Shown one piece after another: positions 47,407-56,293 of a stretch of DNA of 64,000 nt. Below the pieces are notes generated by a model. That model saw only the letters and a list, made by a program, of their open reading frames with translations, was not told the origin of the DNA and did not search any database. Numbering within the stretch: position 1 is the first letter of the stretch; the number at the start of each line of letters is the position of its first letter. Source of the DNA: Candidatus Multivoradales bacterium (lineage in GTDB: Bacteria; Acidobacteriota; Thermoanaerobaculia; Multivoradales; J023); assembly GCA_965248925.1 (NCBI GenBank), contig CBDFLE010000006.1, positions 2,720,001 to 2,784,000 of the forward strand, read 5' to 3'. The position numbers and the translations under genes are program-made.

Positions 47407-47877
47407 CTATTCCCCATCGAGACTGGCGAAGAATTCCTCGGGGCCACTGTTACCTAAGCGCGAAACGACCACGAACCAGGCCGCGATGGCGACCACGATG
47501 CCCATTGGCAGCAGCGGTCGCAGGGCGGGCACCAATGGGCTGAAGACCACGCTCAAGGCGCCCAAGGCAGCAAAGATGAGGAACAAGAAAGCCATGCGGT
47601 TGACCCGCAGCTCGCTATTCTCGATGGTCAGCACCAGCCGCGAGCCGCCGTTGTGGGGTTGCACTTCTAGCGGCCCAGCAACCCAGCCGCGGCGCAGACC
47701 GGCTCTGGCCGGTAGACCCAGGCGGCCTGCCAACTCGCCTCCTGGCTGCCACAGGCCGCCCCAGGCTTCGGCGGCGACCGCCACTCGCCGTAGGGTTTCG
47801 GCGGGCGTCAGGCTGAACTCGGCGACGTGCTGTTCTTGGGGGCTCTCTACCGCTGAGCTGTTCTCTAAGGTGCTCAA
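47407..47877 (-). CDS. Hypothetical membrane protein (two C-terminal TM helices)
   Basis: TTG 47877 overlaps the dusB stop (TTGA); the upstream part of the ORF-track call lies inside dusB and is discarded. Confidence 0.7.
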   Translation of the reverse strand: MSTLENSSAVESPQEQHVAEFSLTPAETLRRVAVAAEAWGGLWQPGGELAGRLGLPARAGLRRGWVAGPLEVQPHNGGSRLVLTIENSELRVNRMAFLFLIFAALGALSVVFSPLVPALRPLLPMGIVVAIAAWFVVVSRLGNSGPEEFFASLDGE

Positions 47878-48857
47878 GCTGCCTCCTCGAGTTCGATCTC
47901 GGCCAGAAAGTTTTCGACCGCATTGAACAGGCTCGCCGCGTCGGGTTGTGGAAAAATCTGCCGCCGCAAAGCCAGGCCACGCGGCAGGCCGCGGCTGTAC
48001 CAGCCGGTGAAGGTGCGCAGTTTGTGCAGCGCGGTAGTAGGGTCTTCGCGCTCGATCACGGCGCGGAAATGACCGAGGATCAACCGCCGTCGGTCGGCCA
48101 AGGTCGGTCCCGCCAGAGGATCGTTGGCCAGCAGCGCGGTGATCTGGCGGAAGATCCACGGGTTGCAAATCGCCCCGCGGCCCACCATCACGCCGTCGCA
48201 GCCGGTCTGGCGCAGCATCCGCACCGCGTCTTCAGGCTCGGTGATATCTCCATTGCCGATCACCGGGATCGACAGGGTCTCTTTGAGTTCGGCGATCTCG
48301 CGCCATTCGGCTGCACCGCGGAAGCCTTGGCGAGCAGTACGGGCGTGCAGGGTGACGGCGTCGGCCCCCTCAGCCTCACAGATCCGGCCGAGTTCCAGAT
48401 AGTTGCGGCGGCGGTCGTCAACGCCGAGGCGGAATTTCACCGTCAGCGGCACACTCACCGCGCGGCGAACTGCGCCCACTATGCGCCGGGCGAGGTCGAG
48501 ATCGCCCATCAGTGCCGCGCCGGAGCAGCCCTTGAGGATCTTGTTCGCCGGACAGCCCATGTTGATGTCGCAAATGTCAGGACCGAGCTGTTCGACACGG
48601 CGGGCAGCTTCAGCCATGGTGTCGACATCCGAGCCATAGATCTGAATTGCCAACGGCCGCTCCTCAGCGACAAAGTGCAGCAGCTTCCCCACTCTCTTGA
48701 GGCCAGCGACCAGCTCTTTCGACGAGATGAACTCCATCGACAGCAGACCCACCCCGCCGATCCGCCGCACGATGAGACGGAAATCACGGTCGGTGACGCC
48801 GGCCATCGGAGCCAGCACCAGCGGCGGGTCGATGGAGATGGAACCAAGCTTGAACAT
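47874..48857 (-). CDS. dusB: tRNA-dihydrouridine synthase B
   Basis: LAPMAGVTD, QIYGSD, DINMGCPA, GAALM, TVKFRLG, LHART, IGNGDI, DGVMVGRGA..NPWIF. Confidence 0.93.
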   Translation of the reverse strand: MFKLGSISIDPPLVLAPMAGVTDRDFRLIVRRIGGVGLLSMEFISSKELVAGLKRVGKLLHFVAEERPLAIQIYGSDVDTMAEAARRVEQLGPDICDINMGCPANKILKGCSGAALMGDLDLARRIVGAVRRAVSVPLTVKFRLGVDDRRRNYLELGRICEAEGADAVTLHARTARQGFRGAAEWREIAELKETLSIPVIGNGDITEPEDAVRMLRQTGCDGVMVGRGAICNPWIFRQITALLANDPLAGPTLADRRRLILGHFRAVIEREDPTTALHKLRTFTGWYSRGLPRGLALRRQIFPQPDAASLFNAVENFLAEIELEEAA

Positions 48858-48916
48858 GGCTAGATTCTAACCGAGAGAGGTTGTGCTAACGGGTGCTGGC
48901 AAGAACAGCCGAAGAT

Positions 48917-50095
48917 CTAAGCCTTGAGGCGAAAAGTCACCCGGACGAACTTGCCGCCAGTGTCTTGCAATAGCTCCGCATCTGTTCCGTTGAACTCCCT
49001 CATCGCTCGCCGCATCACTGGCCAGCCTCGACCTCTCTGCTCCATGGCTCCCATAACCAGCATGAAATTGGCCATCAGCTCATTGCGGGATCGCGGATGG
49101 CCACCGGAGCGAACACTCTCGACGGTGAGGTGATTGGGCAGCGTTCCCGGACTGGTGATGTCGATGCGATCTGAGAACACTTCGAGCAGAACTTTCGAGC
49201 CGGTGATCGCATAGTCACGATGGACCACGGCGTTGACCAACGCCTCACGCAGCGCTTTCTCCGGCACTAGAGGAATGTCCTGGCGAAGAAGGCCCTTGTA
49301 GGATTCGGTTCGCCCGAGGCTTCGAACCCACCCAATGGCGCGTTGGGCCTGTTCGTCCAAACGCCCCTTGGCATCTCCGACGAGGATGACATCCGAGGCG
49401 CGATCAGATCCGCTATAGGCCGCGCAGCCAATCCAAGAACTCGCCGTTTGCGAGTAGCGCTGGGGCTCTTTGCCAAATGCAATTATGCCGTAGAGGGTGG
49501 CATGAAGTGTTCCGTCGACTTCTGCCAAAACACCTCGGTTCCGCAGGTCATCTTCTGTGGTGGGCTGAGGCTCTTCTTCGGTCTCGAGGCCCAAGGCGAG
49601 CAGGTAACTGCGAAAGGCGGCATGATCGACATCAGCGGTACCGGCCGCTTGAAGCGTGCGTTCTTCAGTCAAGATGTAGCCGAATGCATTGTAGAGTTCT
49701 TGCAGCTCCATGGGTGAAGGCTCTACGCTGCTGCGTTCCCGTCGAACCCAGACCCGCCCCCCGTAACGCAACGGCTCGAACCCCCGCTGACGGGAGACCT
49801 CGATCCAGTGGATGGCTCTGCCGAGATCGCTATGGTGTCCGGTTCGAGCTGACACTGGAGCGCTACAGCCCGATTGCAGGAAGTTGGTAAGGCGCTCCTG
49901 CACGGTTTCGGGATCCTCTCTCACACCGACGATGGCCGCCGAATCGTCGATGCCCAGAATGACGACTCCACCGCTGCTATTTGCAAAGGCGCAGATAGAC
50001 TTGCCGGCAGCCTTGAAGTCGCCGAGTCCACGCTTGAACTCGGTTTCGTAGCTCTCTCCAGATTCGATTCGTTGAAGGACATCAAGCCACTTCAT
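48917..50095 (-). CDS. AlbA_2 (Schlafen-like) domain plus HATPase_c_4/RecG-C domain protein
   Basis: GESYETEFKR...ICAFANSSGGVVILGIDD; ALREALVNAVVHRDY...FSDRIDITSPG...SRNELMAN...MEQRGRG. Confidence 0.88.
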   Translation of the reverse strand: MKWLDVLQRIESGESYETEFKRGLGDFKAAGKSICAFANSSGGVVILGIDDSAAIVGVREDPETVQERLTNFLQSGCSAPVSARTGHHSDLGRAIHWIEVSRQRGFEPLRYGGRVWVRRERSSVEPSPMELQELYNAFGYILTEERTLQAAGTADVDHAAFRSYLLALGLETEEEPQPTTEDDLRNRGVLAEVDGTLHATLYGIIAFGKEPQRYSQTASSWIGCAAYSGSDRASDVILVGDAKGRLDEQAQRAIGWVRSLGRTESYKGLLRQDIPLVPEKALREALVNAVVHRDYAITGSKVLLEVFSDRIDITSPGTLPNHLTVESVRSGGHPRSRNELMANFMLVMGAMEQRGRGWPVMRRAMREFNGTDAELLQDTGGKFVRVTFRLKA

Positions 50096-50243
50096 GGAAT
50101 GCCTCAAAATCAGCCGATCGGCTTGCGCCAGGGGTCGCTTCTGGTCGCCGGGGCAATAAAACTACGGTCAAGACTCAACACTTGTCGGATTCTAACCGAG
50201 GTGGCTCGCATCGGTTGGATTCGACCGATAAGATCCGCCTCCT

Positions 50244-50963
50244 ATGGCCTGGTACAAAGAGTGGTTCGGACAGGAATACCTCGAACTCTACGCCCATCGC
50301 AATGCAGCCGAGGCGACTCGGCACTTGGATTTTGTTGGCCGCGTGCTGGGTGACAGCTGCTCAGGACGGGTGCTGGATCTGGCTTGTGGGGCCGGTCGAC
50401 ACACAGCTGAGCTACGCCAGCGTGGCTACCAGACCTTCGGCATCGATCTGTCGCTGACCCTGCTGGCCCACCCGCCGCGGGTGCCGAGTTCGGCGGCCGA
50501 TATGCGCGCCCTGCCGTTTGCCGATGGAGCTTTTCAGTGGGTGCTCAACTTCTTTACCTCGTTTGGCTATTTCGAGCGCGAGCGGCAGAACTTCCAGGTG
50601 TTGGAGGAGATCGTCCGGGTGCTCGAACCCAAGGGTCGCTTCATGATCGACTTTCTCAATCGTGAGCGGGTGTTGGCGCAGCTGAAGGAGCGCGATAGCC
50701 AGCAGGAAGGCGAGCGCCAGATAGAGATCGAGCGCTGGTATGACGCGGCGACCCGGCGCATTAACAAGCGCATCCGTATCGAGCAACCTGGGCGGGCGCC
50801 GCAGAGCTTCCTCGAAAGTGTCCGTGCCTACACCGAGCAGGAGGTCACGATCGGCTTGCGTTGGGCAGGTCTCGAGGTCGATGCCCTCTACGGTAATTTC
50901 GATGGGGGTCCTTTCCACCATGACAGCGAACGACTCATCATCGTCGGCCATCGCGCCCATTGA
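50244..50963 (+). CDS. Class I SAM-dependent methyltransferase, candidate bacillithiol N-methyltransferase (NmbA-like)
   Basis: VLDLACGAGRH, GIDLS, ADMRALPF, NFFTSFGYF; N-terminal WYKEWF..EYLELYAHR; overlaps bshC. Confidence 0.85.
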   Translation: MAWYKEWFGQEYLELYAHRNAAEATRHLDFVGRVLGDSCSGRVLDLACGAGRHTAELRQRGYQTFGIDLSLTLLAHPPRVPSSAADMRALPFADGAFQWVLNFFTSFGYFERERQNFQVLEEIVRVLEPKGRFMIDFLNRERVLAQLKERDSQQEGERQIEIERWYDAATRRINKRIRIEQPGRAPQSFLESVRAYTEQEVTIGLRWAGLEVDALYGNFDGGPFHHDSERLIIVGHRAH

Positions 50964-52557
50964 CCGCCTCGACATGGTCGCGGCGGGTTGGCTACCGCCC
51001 TTGCCGACGGCTTTTCTCAGCGGTCGTGATCGCGACTTGCTAGCGCCGCTCACCTTCCTAGCACCTGGTGAGCTGCCGGCCGGTATCGGGCCAGCGGTGG
51101 AGCGCGCTGCCTTGGCCGAGGGTTTGGCGCTCGCCAATACGGGCTATGGCCATCCGCGAGCCGAGCAGCTGGCGGCCAAACTGGCCGATCCCGCCACGCG
51201 GGTGGTGGTCACCGGTCAGCAGCCGGGCCTGTTCTGCGGGCCGCTGCTGACCCTCACCAAAATGGCCGCCGCGGCGCGCTGGGCCGAAGCCATCGAAGCA
51301 GCCGGCCAGCCGGCGGTGGCGGTTTTTTGGGTGGCCACCGAAGATCACGATTGGGCCGAGGTGGCCCAAGTTGGGATGCTGGCCGGCGGCGAGATCACCC
51401 ACTTACAGCTGGGCGAAGACTTATCGCCGCTCGTGCCCGTGGGGGCGCGCGTTCTGGGGCAAGGTCTGGAGCAGGTTTACGCCAGCTTGGCGGCGGTTCA
51501 GCCGGGCGAGCGCGGTCAGCGTTGGCATCGGGACCTCGCTCGCTGGTACTCGCCCGAGGCGCTGGTTGGCGAGGCATTCCATCGCCTGGCGGTGCATCTG
51601 CTGGGCGAGCACACGCCGCTGTTGCTCGATTCGATGTTGCCAGCGGTCAAGCAGGCGCAGCGGCTTTGGTTGCGTCGGTTGGTGGAAGAACGCCAGGGGG
51701 TCGACGCGGCTTTGGCGGCTGCCGACCGTCGGGTCGAGGAACGTGGCTATGGGTTGCAGGTGCGGCCGCAGCGAGGGCTCAGCCCCCTGTTTTTGCTGCA
51801 CCAGCAGCAACGGCGGCGTATTGAATGGCGAGGTGACGACCGCTTTGGTTTGCGCGGCTTGGCGGACTTCGAGCAGCCGGTGGCGAGCCTGCTCGAGACG
51901 ATTGCCGAGAATCCAGTGGCGGTGAGTCCTGGGGTGCTGGCTCGGCCGGCGATCCAAGACGCCATTCTCGGCACCACGCTGCAAGTGATGGGGCCGGCCG
52001 AGATGTCCTACATGACGCAGGTGGCCGGGATCTATCGCCATCTGGGCCTCGAGGCGCCGCATACTACTTTGCGGCCTCAGGCCATGTTGCTCGAACCGCG
52101 ACCAGCGGCCCAGTTGCAGGAGCTCGGGATCGAGCTGCCACGGCTCTTGACCACGCCGCTCGACCGCTTGCTCAGCGACAGCCTCGGTGGCGATCTGGTC
52201 GGGCCGGCGCGGCAAGTCGTTGATCAAACCCTGGAGCAGCTGCGCCAGCCAGCTTTGGATCTCGATCCGGGGCTCGAACGACCGTGGCGCAAGACCCGCG
52301 ATCAGATCGGTCGCGCGCTAGATCAGCTGGCATCACGGGTAGCGGCAGCCAACGCCCGTCGCCATCAAGTGCAACACCAGCGTCTGGAGCGCATCTTGGC
52401 CGCCGTGATGCCCGGCGGTAAACCGCAGGAGAGGGTGTTATCCATCGCCCATTTCGGTGGTCGCTACGGTCGCGATTTTGCCACCGAGCTGTACCGGCAA
52501 ATCGGCCTTGACCCCAGGGTTCTGTACCCCGTGCTACTGGGTCAGAAGGAGGGTTGA
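50920..52557 (+). CDS. bshC: Bacillithiol biosynthesis cysteine-adding enzyme
   Basis: VVTGQQPGLFCGPL.TL.K, VFWVATEDHDWAEV, SPGVLARP..QD, GPAEMSY..Q, P.GKPQER. Start uncertain (50920 or 50974). Confidence 0.92.
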   Translation: MTANDSSSSAIAPIDRLDMVAAGWLPPLPTAFLSGRDRDLLAPLTFLAPGELPAGIGPAVERAALAEGLALANTGYGHPRAEQLAAKLADPATRVVVTGQQPGLFCGPLLTLTKMAAAARWAEAIEAAGQPAVAVFWVATEDHDWAEVAQVGMLAGGEITHLQLGEDLSPLVPVGARVLGQGLEQVYASLAAVQPGERGQRWHRDLARWYSPEALVGEAFHRLAVHLLGEHTPLLLDSMLPAVKQAQRLWLRRLVEERQGVDAALAAADRRVEERGYGLQVRPQRGLSPLFLLHQQQRRRIEWRGDDRFGLRGLADFEQPVASLLETIAENPVAVSPGVLARPAIQDAILGTTLQVMGPAEMSYMTQVAGIYRHLGLEAPHTTLRPQAMLLEPRPAAQLQELGIELPRLLTTPLDRLLSDSLGGDLVGPARQVVDQTLEQLRQPALDLDPGLERPWRKTRDQIGRALDQLASRVAAANARRHQVQHQRLERILAAVMPGGKPQERVLSIAHFGGRYGRDFATELYRQIGLDPRVLYPVLLGQKEG

Positions 52558-53276
52558 TGACGGTCGACGTACTCGCTATCGGCGCCCATCCCGACGATGT
52601 CGAGTTGGGCTGTGGTGGCACCGTGGCGCAGCTGGTGGCGGCGGGACGAAGGGTGGCGATCCTGCACCTGACCCGGGGCGAGTTGGGAACCCGCGGCACG
52701 ACTGAAGAACGCTGCCGCGAGGCTGAAGCAGCGGCAGAGATTCTCGGCGTCGCTGAGTTGGGGTGGCTGAACTGTGGTGATGGATGCCTGCGCCACGGGG
52801 TGGACGAGGAAGATGCCCTGATTGCTGAGCTTCGCCGGTGGCGCCCCGAACTGGTGCTGGGACCGAGTCCAGCGGATCGCCATCCGGACCACGGTCGGGC
52901 TCACCTTTTGGTTGCGGACGCCTGTTTCTACGCTGGCTTGCGGCGGCGAGGAACGGGCAAGGCTCACCGGCCAGCGGCGCTGTTTTCCTATATGCAGCAC
53001 GATCCCTTTGCGCCTGACTTCATTGTCGACGTCAGCCGCGGTTGGTCGCGCAAGCTAGCCGCCCTGGCGGCCTATAGCAGTCAGTTGCACCAGCCTGGCG
53101 AGGCCCGCGACGAGCCAATGACCAAGGTGGCTAGCCCAGAATACTCGGCGGCGGTCGAGGGTCGAGCGCGGCACTTCGGTCAGCTGATCGGGGCCGAGTT
53201 TGGCGAGCCTTTTAGCAGCAGCCTACCGTTGGCGGTGGCCGACCCCCTGTCCCTGCTACCCGGCGGGCTGCGCTGA
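52554..53276 (+). CDS. bshB1: Bacillithiol biosynthesis deacetylase (PIG-L/LmbE family)
   Basis: AIGAHPDDVELGCGGT, LTRGELGTRGT...R..EA, DRHPDH, PDFIVDVS, AYSSQ; coupled to bshC. Confidence 0.92.
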   Translation: MMTVDVLAIGAHPDDVELGCGGTVAQLVAAGRRVAILHLTRGELGTRGTTEERCREAEAAAEILGVAELGWLNCGDGCLRHGVDEEDALIAELRRWRPELVLGPSPADRHPDHGRAHLLVADACFYAGLRRRGTGKAHRPAALFSYMQHDPFAPDFIVDVSRGWSRKLAALAAYSSQLHQPGEARDEPMTKVASPEYSAAVEGRARHFGQLIGAEFGEPFSSSLPLAVADPLSLLPGGLR

Positions 53277-53418
53277 TTCGACTCGCGGGGTAGATGCGGA
53301 CACATCGTCTGGGTGGATGGTCTAGTCAAAGCTGCGCCATCGGGTAGACTGTGGGTGCTTTTCTACTCTCATTTTTTAAAGATACGATCGGGGAATTCGC
53401 CGACACGGAGAGACGCGC

Positions 53419-53856
53419 ATGAGTGACGAACAGATTCCGCCCCCAGCCCCTAGCGATCCACCCGCGGCCGCGCCCCCGCCGCCACCGGCGGATCCGCCGC
53501 CGGAACCGCCAGCTGGCGCCAGCGGTGACAATGCCGCGGAAAATCCCAATCGCACGGTCTACCTGTGGTTGTCCTATGCCTGGATCTTGGCCCTCTTTCC
53601 CTTCTTGCTGGAGAAGGATGATGCAGAGGTCAAATGGCACGCCAAACACGGCTTGGTACTCACCGGTGCCGAGCTCTTGCTGCAAGTCGCCATGGGCATC
53701 GTTGGCTCAATCGGCCCCTTGGGGTGCTTGGGGTGTTCCGTTGGGTTAGTGATTTGGCTGGCCTTCCTGGTGTTCCGCATCATGGCCGCGGTCAAAGCCA
53801 CCCAGGGTGGACGGATGACCATTCCGGGGCTGAGCGACTTGGCTGACAAGTTCTGA
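53419..53856 (+). CDS. DUF4870-type membrane protein with Pro-rich N-terminus
   Basis: LSY.....PFLLEKDDAEVKWHAKHGL; three TM helices; KA.QG....IP. Confidence 0.8.
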   Translation: MSDEQIPPPAPSDPPAAAPPPPPADPPPEPPAGASGDNAAENPNRTVYLWLSYAWILALFPFLLEKDDAEVKWHAKHGLVLTGAELLLQVAMGIVGSIGPLGCLGCSVGLVIWLAFLVFRIMAAVKATQGGRMTIPGLSDLADKF

Positions 53857-53926
53857 GCCTGACGGCTGAATAGGACGGCAAAGTAGACCGCCGAAGTGCC
53901 GTCAGAGCGAGTCGTCTGAGCAAGCC

Positions 53927-54271
53927 ATGACCGCGAAAATGCAAGAGTCCGAGCAAGCCGCTCGGACTCCTCTGTGGCGGCGGCGATGGGGGTGGGCGTT
54001 CTGCGGGTTTTTTCTGCTGCTGGCCTTCGATCTCTGTCGGCCGGCGCAGCGTCAGTTGACTACCCGCGCCGTGCTGGCTAGCGTGGACTTCTACCAGGCC
54101 CACATCTCACGCCATCTCGGAGATAGCAAATGTCGCTTCGCTCCCACTTGCAGCGTCTATGTCGAAATCTCGATTCGCCAGCATGGGCTGATCAAGGGGG
54201 GGTTGCGTGGTGCCGGCCGGTTGTTGCGCTGCGGCCCGTGGACGAAACGCGGTACTCGCGACGACCCGTGA
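53927..54271 (+). CDS. yidD: Membrane protein insertion efficiency factor YidD family
   Basis: YQAHIS......CRFAPTCSVY....I..HGLIKG......RLLRCGPW..G..D.P. Confidence 0.85.
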   Translation: MTAKMQESEQAARTPLWRRRWGWAFCGFFLLLAFDLCRPAQRQLTTRAVLASVDFYQAHISRHLGDSKCRFAPTCSVYVEISIRQHGLIKGGLRGAGRLLRCGPWTKRGTRDDP

Positions 54272-54278
54272 GCTGCTG

Positions 54279-54947
54279 ATGGCCCGGACGATCGATATCG
54301 CCAGTTGGAAGCGGCGCCAGCATTTCGAGTTCTTTCGCCACTACGAACAGCCCTTCTGGAACCTCTGCGCCGAGGTCGATGTCAGTCGCCTGCTGCGCCT
54401 GTGCCGCCAGCCTCAGGGACCGTCCTACTTCCTGGCTTCCTTCTACATGTCGCTCCTGGCGGCCAACGAAACCGAAGAGTTGCGCTATCGGCTGCGCGGC
54501 GTGGGCGACCAGGTGATCGAGCATCAGATCATCCATGGCGGCTCGACGATGCTGCTGCCCAATGAGACCTTCGCCTTCACCTATTTCGACTACTACCCCC
54601 AATACGCTCAATTCGCGGCGGCAGCAGAAGGCGAGATCGAACGGGTGAAGAGTGGTTCTTGGGATCTAGAACCCCGCGATGGCGACGACGACTTGATCCA
54701 CTACACCGTCCTACCCTGGGTGTCGTTGACCAGTTTCAGCCACGCCCGCCGACGTGATCCGGCGGATTCGGTGCCCAAAATGGTCTTTGGCCGCTATCGT
54801 CGGTCGGCGGACGGTCGCTACCTCATGCCGGTGTCGATCGAAATTCACCATGCCTTGGTGGACGGGCTGCATGTCGGTCGCTTTTTCGAACGTTTTCAGG
54901 CCCATCTCGACGATCTGCGGGCGGTGAGCGAAGCGCTCATTGTCTGA
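54279..54947 (+). CDS. Chloramphenicol acetyltransferase (CatA)-like O-acetyltransferase
   Basis: IDIASWKRRQHFEFF, LPWVSLTSFSH, PKMVFGRY, MPVSIEIHHALVDGLH (HHxxxDG catalytic motif). Confidence 0.88.
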   Translation: MARTIDIASWKRRQHFEFFRHYEQPFWNLCAEVDVSRLLRLCRQPQGPSYFLASFYMSLLAANETEELRYRLRGVGDQVIEHQIIHGGSTMLLPNETFAFTYFDYYPQYAQFAAAAEGEIERVKSGSWDLEPRDGDDDLIHYTVLPWVSLTSFSHARRRDPADSVPKMVFGRYRRSADGRYLMPVSIEIHHALVDGLHVGRFFERFQAHLDDLRAVSEALIV

Positions 54948-55320
54948 AGCTGCGTTTTTCTTGAGCCACTTTCCTCCTTTTCTTCGCGTGTAGCTCGAAT
55001 CCACCCGCCACCGCCGCCGAATGTCGCGCAGCAGGGCGGCCGCTGGAGTAGCTCACGGTTTGTCGAAGGAGGAAGAGTTCATGTTTTCCAAGGAAGAACT
55101 CGGTTTTCACCATCGATCCTCGGACCAGATGCCGAGGCTGAGAGTCTTGCTCGCCCTACTGCACCGCCGACAGATTGATCTTGCCCAATCTGGGCAACCC
55201 CAGAACCTCGCCGGTGGGCACCGGCGCGCTCAAGTTCCAGTTTGGCGCCTTGGTGTACTTCTCCCCCGGCTTGATTGTGAGCAAACTCGGCGGCCTCTCT
55301 GACCGCGAGCCTTGCCATAA

Positions 55321-55350
55321 CTAGCCCACCATGCAAGGGGGGTGGGCTAG
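55321..55350. terminator. Perfect 10-bp inverted repeat, terminator-like
   Basis: CTAGCCCACC-N10-GGTGGGCTAG overlapping the stop codon of 55347..55862; no long T-run. Confidence 0.5.
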
Positions 55351-55862
55351 ATCTTTGCTTGCAGTAGGCTTGCGAGTGCCGTAGTGCCTGCCGCGAGCTC
55401 GGCGCTACGGTCAGGAACGTGTTGCAAGGCGTCCTCGACTGCGGCTTCCAAGTTCTCGGTCGGGAACGGGTTGCGATAGGCTTTGGCCTTCTCCAGGGCC
55501 TGCCGGGTAGAAGTCGGCAGGTCGGCGAAGTCTCGCTGTTGCCAGATCGAGATCACCCCACTGTCTAGCGAGCCTTCGAGCATGGCGACCGCCACCTCGG
55601 GGCGCTCGATACGCAGCAGACTTAGCAGCTCGACTCCACGGCCAATAGCCCCCGCCACCTCGAATTCCAACATCTCGCTGGAATCTAGAACATCTAGATC
55701 GCCGAGGATCCCCTGTTGGCCCTCAGCATCCAGCCCGCGGAAGGGGTGCTGCTGAGCGGAGAAGAAGCCGAGGGAAAGGCCCACCAAGAGGCCCACTGCC
55801 AGAGCGAGCAGGACCCGTACTAAGACGGATGTCTTACCATCTACAGGGTTTCTTGTCTTCAT
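55347..55862 (-). CDS. Hypothetical membrane-anchored protein
   Basis: Strong SD AAGGAGG; single N-terminal TM helix; no family recognised. Confidence 0.7.
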   Translation of the reverse strand: MKTRNPVDGKTSVLVRVLLALAVGLLVGLSLGFFSAQQHPFRGLDAEGQQGILGDLDVLDSSEMLEFEVAGAIGRGVELLSLLRIERPEVAVAMLEGSLDSGVISIWQQRDFADLPTSTRQALEKAKAYRNPFPTENLEAAVEDALQHVPDRSAELAAGTTALASLLQAKI

Positions 55863-56293
55863 CGGAGATCCTCCTTAAGAGCTTTTCATAGGACCCTCTG
55901 CAACCAGGAGTCGCCAACCTTCATATCAGGTCCTCTGGCGGTTCCAAATGGCGACGCACATCTGCTGCGTGAGTTGGGCGACGGATTCGCTCTACCGGAC
56001 GGACCCCGATGAAAGGACGCCAGGTTGGCTTGCTCCGCGCCGCGTGAACACAGATACGTAGTTGGTCCGGAGATATTCGGCGGGCTGTAAAACCTCAATG
56101 CCTCAATGCAGACCCACACTACTGCGTGTCAGCCTTGCTTGACCTCGGCCTGCGCCGAGTAGGGTCGAAGGCTTTGGACAGCGCCAAGCAACCATCCTGC
56201 AGACAGGAAGTCCTGCCAGAACCTTCCGACAGTCCTCGGCTCAGGGCCAATCTGGCCTGACACGTTGCTGAGAGTGCTTTCTGGGATGTCAGT

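Noticed and set aside
46778-47447. ORFs 46778..47200, 46963..47286, 46637..47065 and 47223..47447
   Set aside because: They overlap the tmRNA gene and have no protein-like features.
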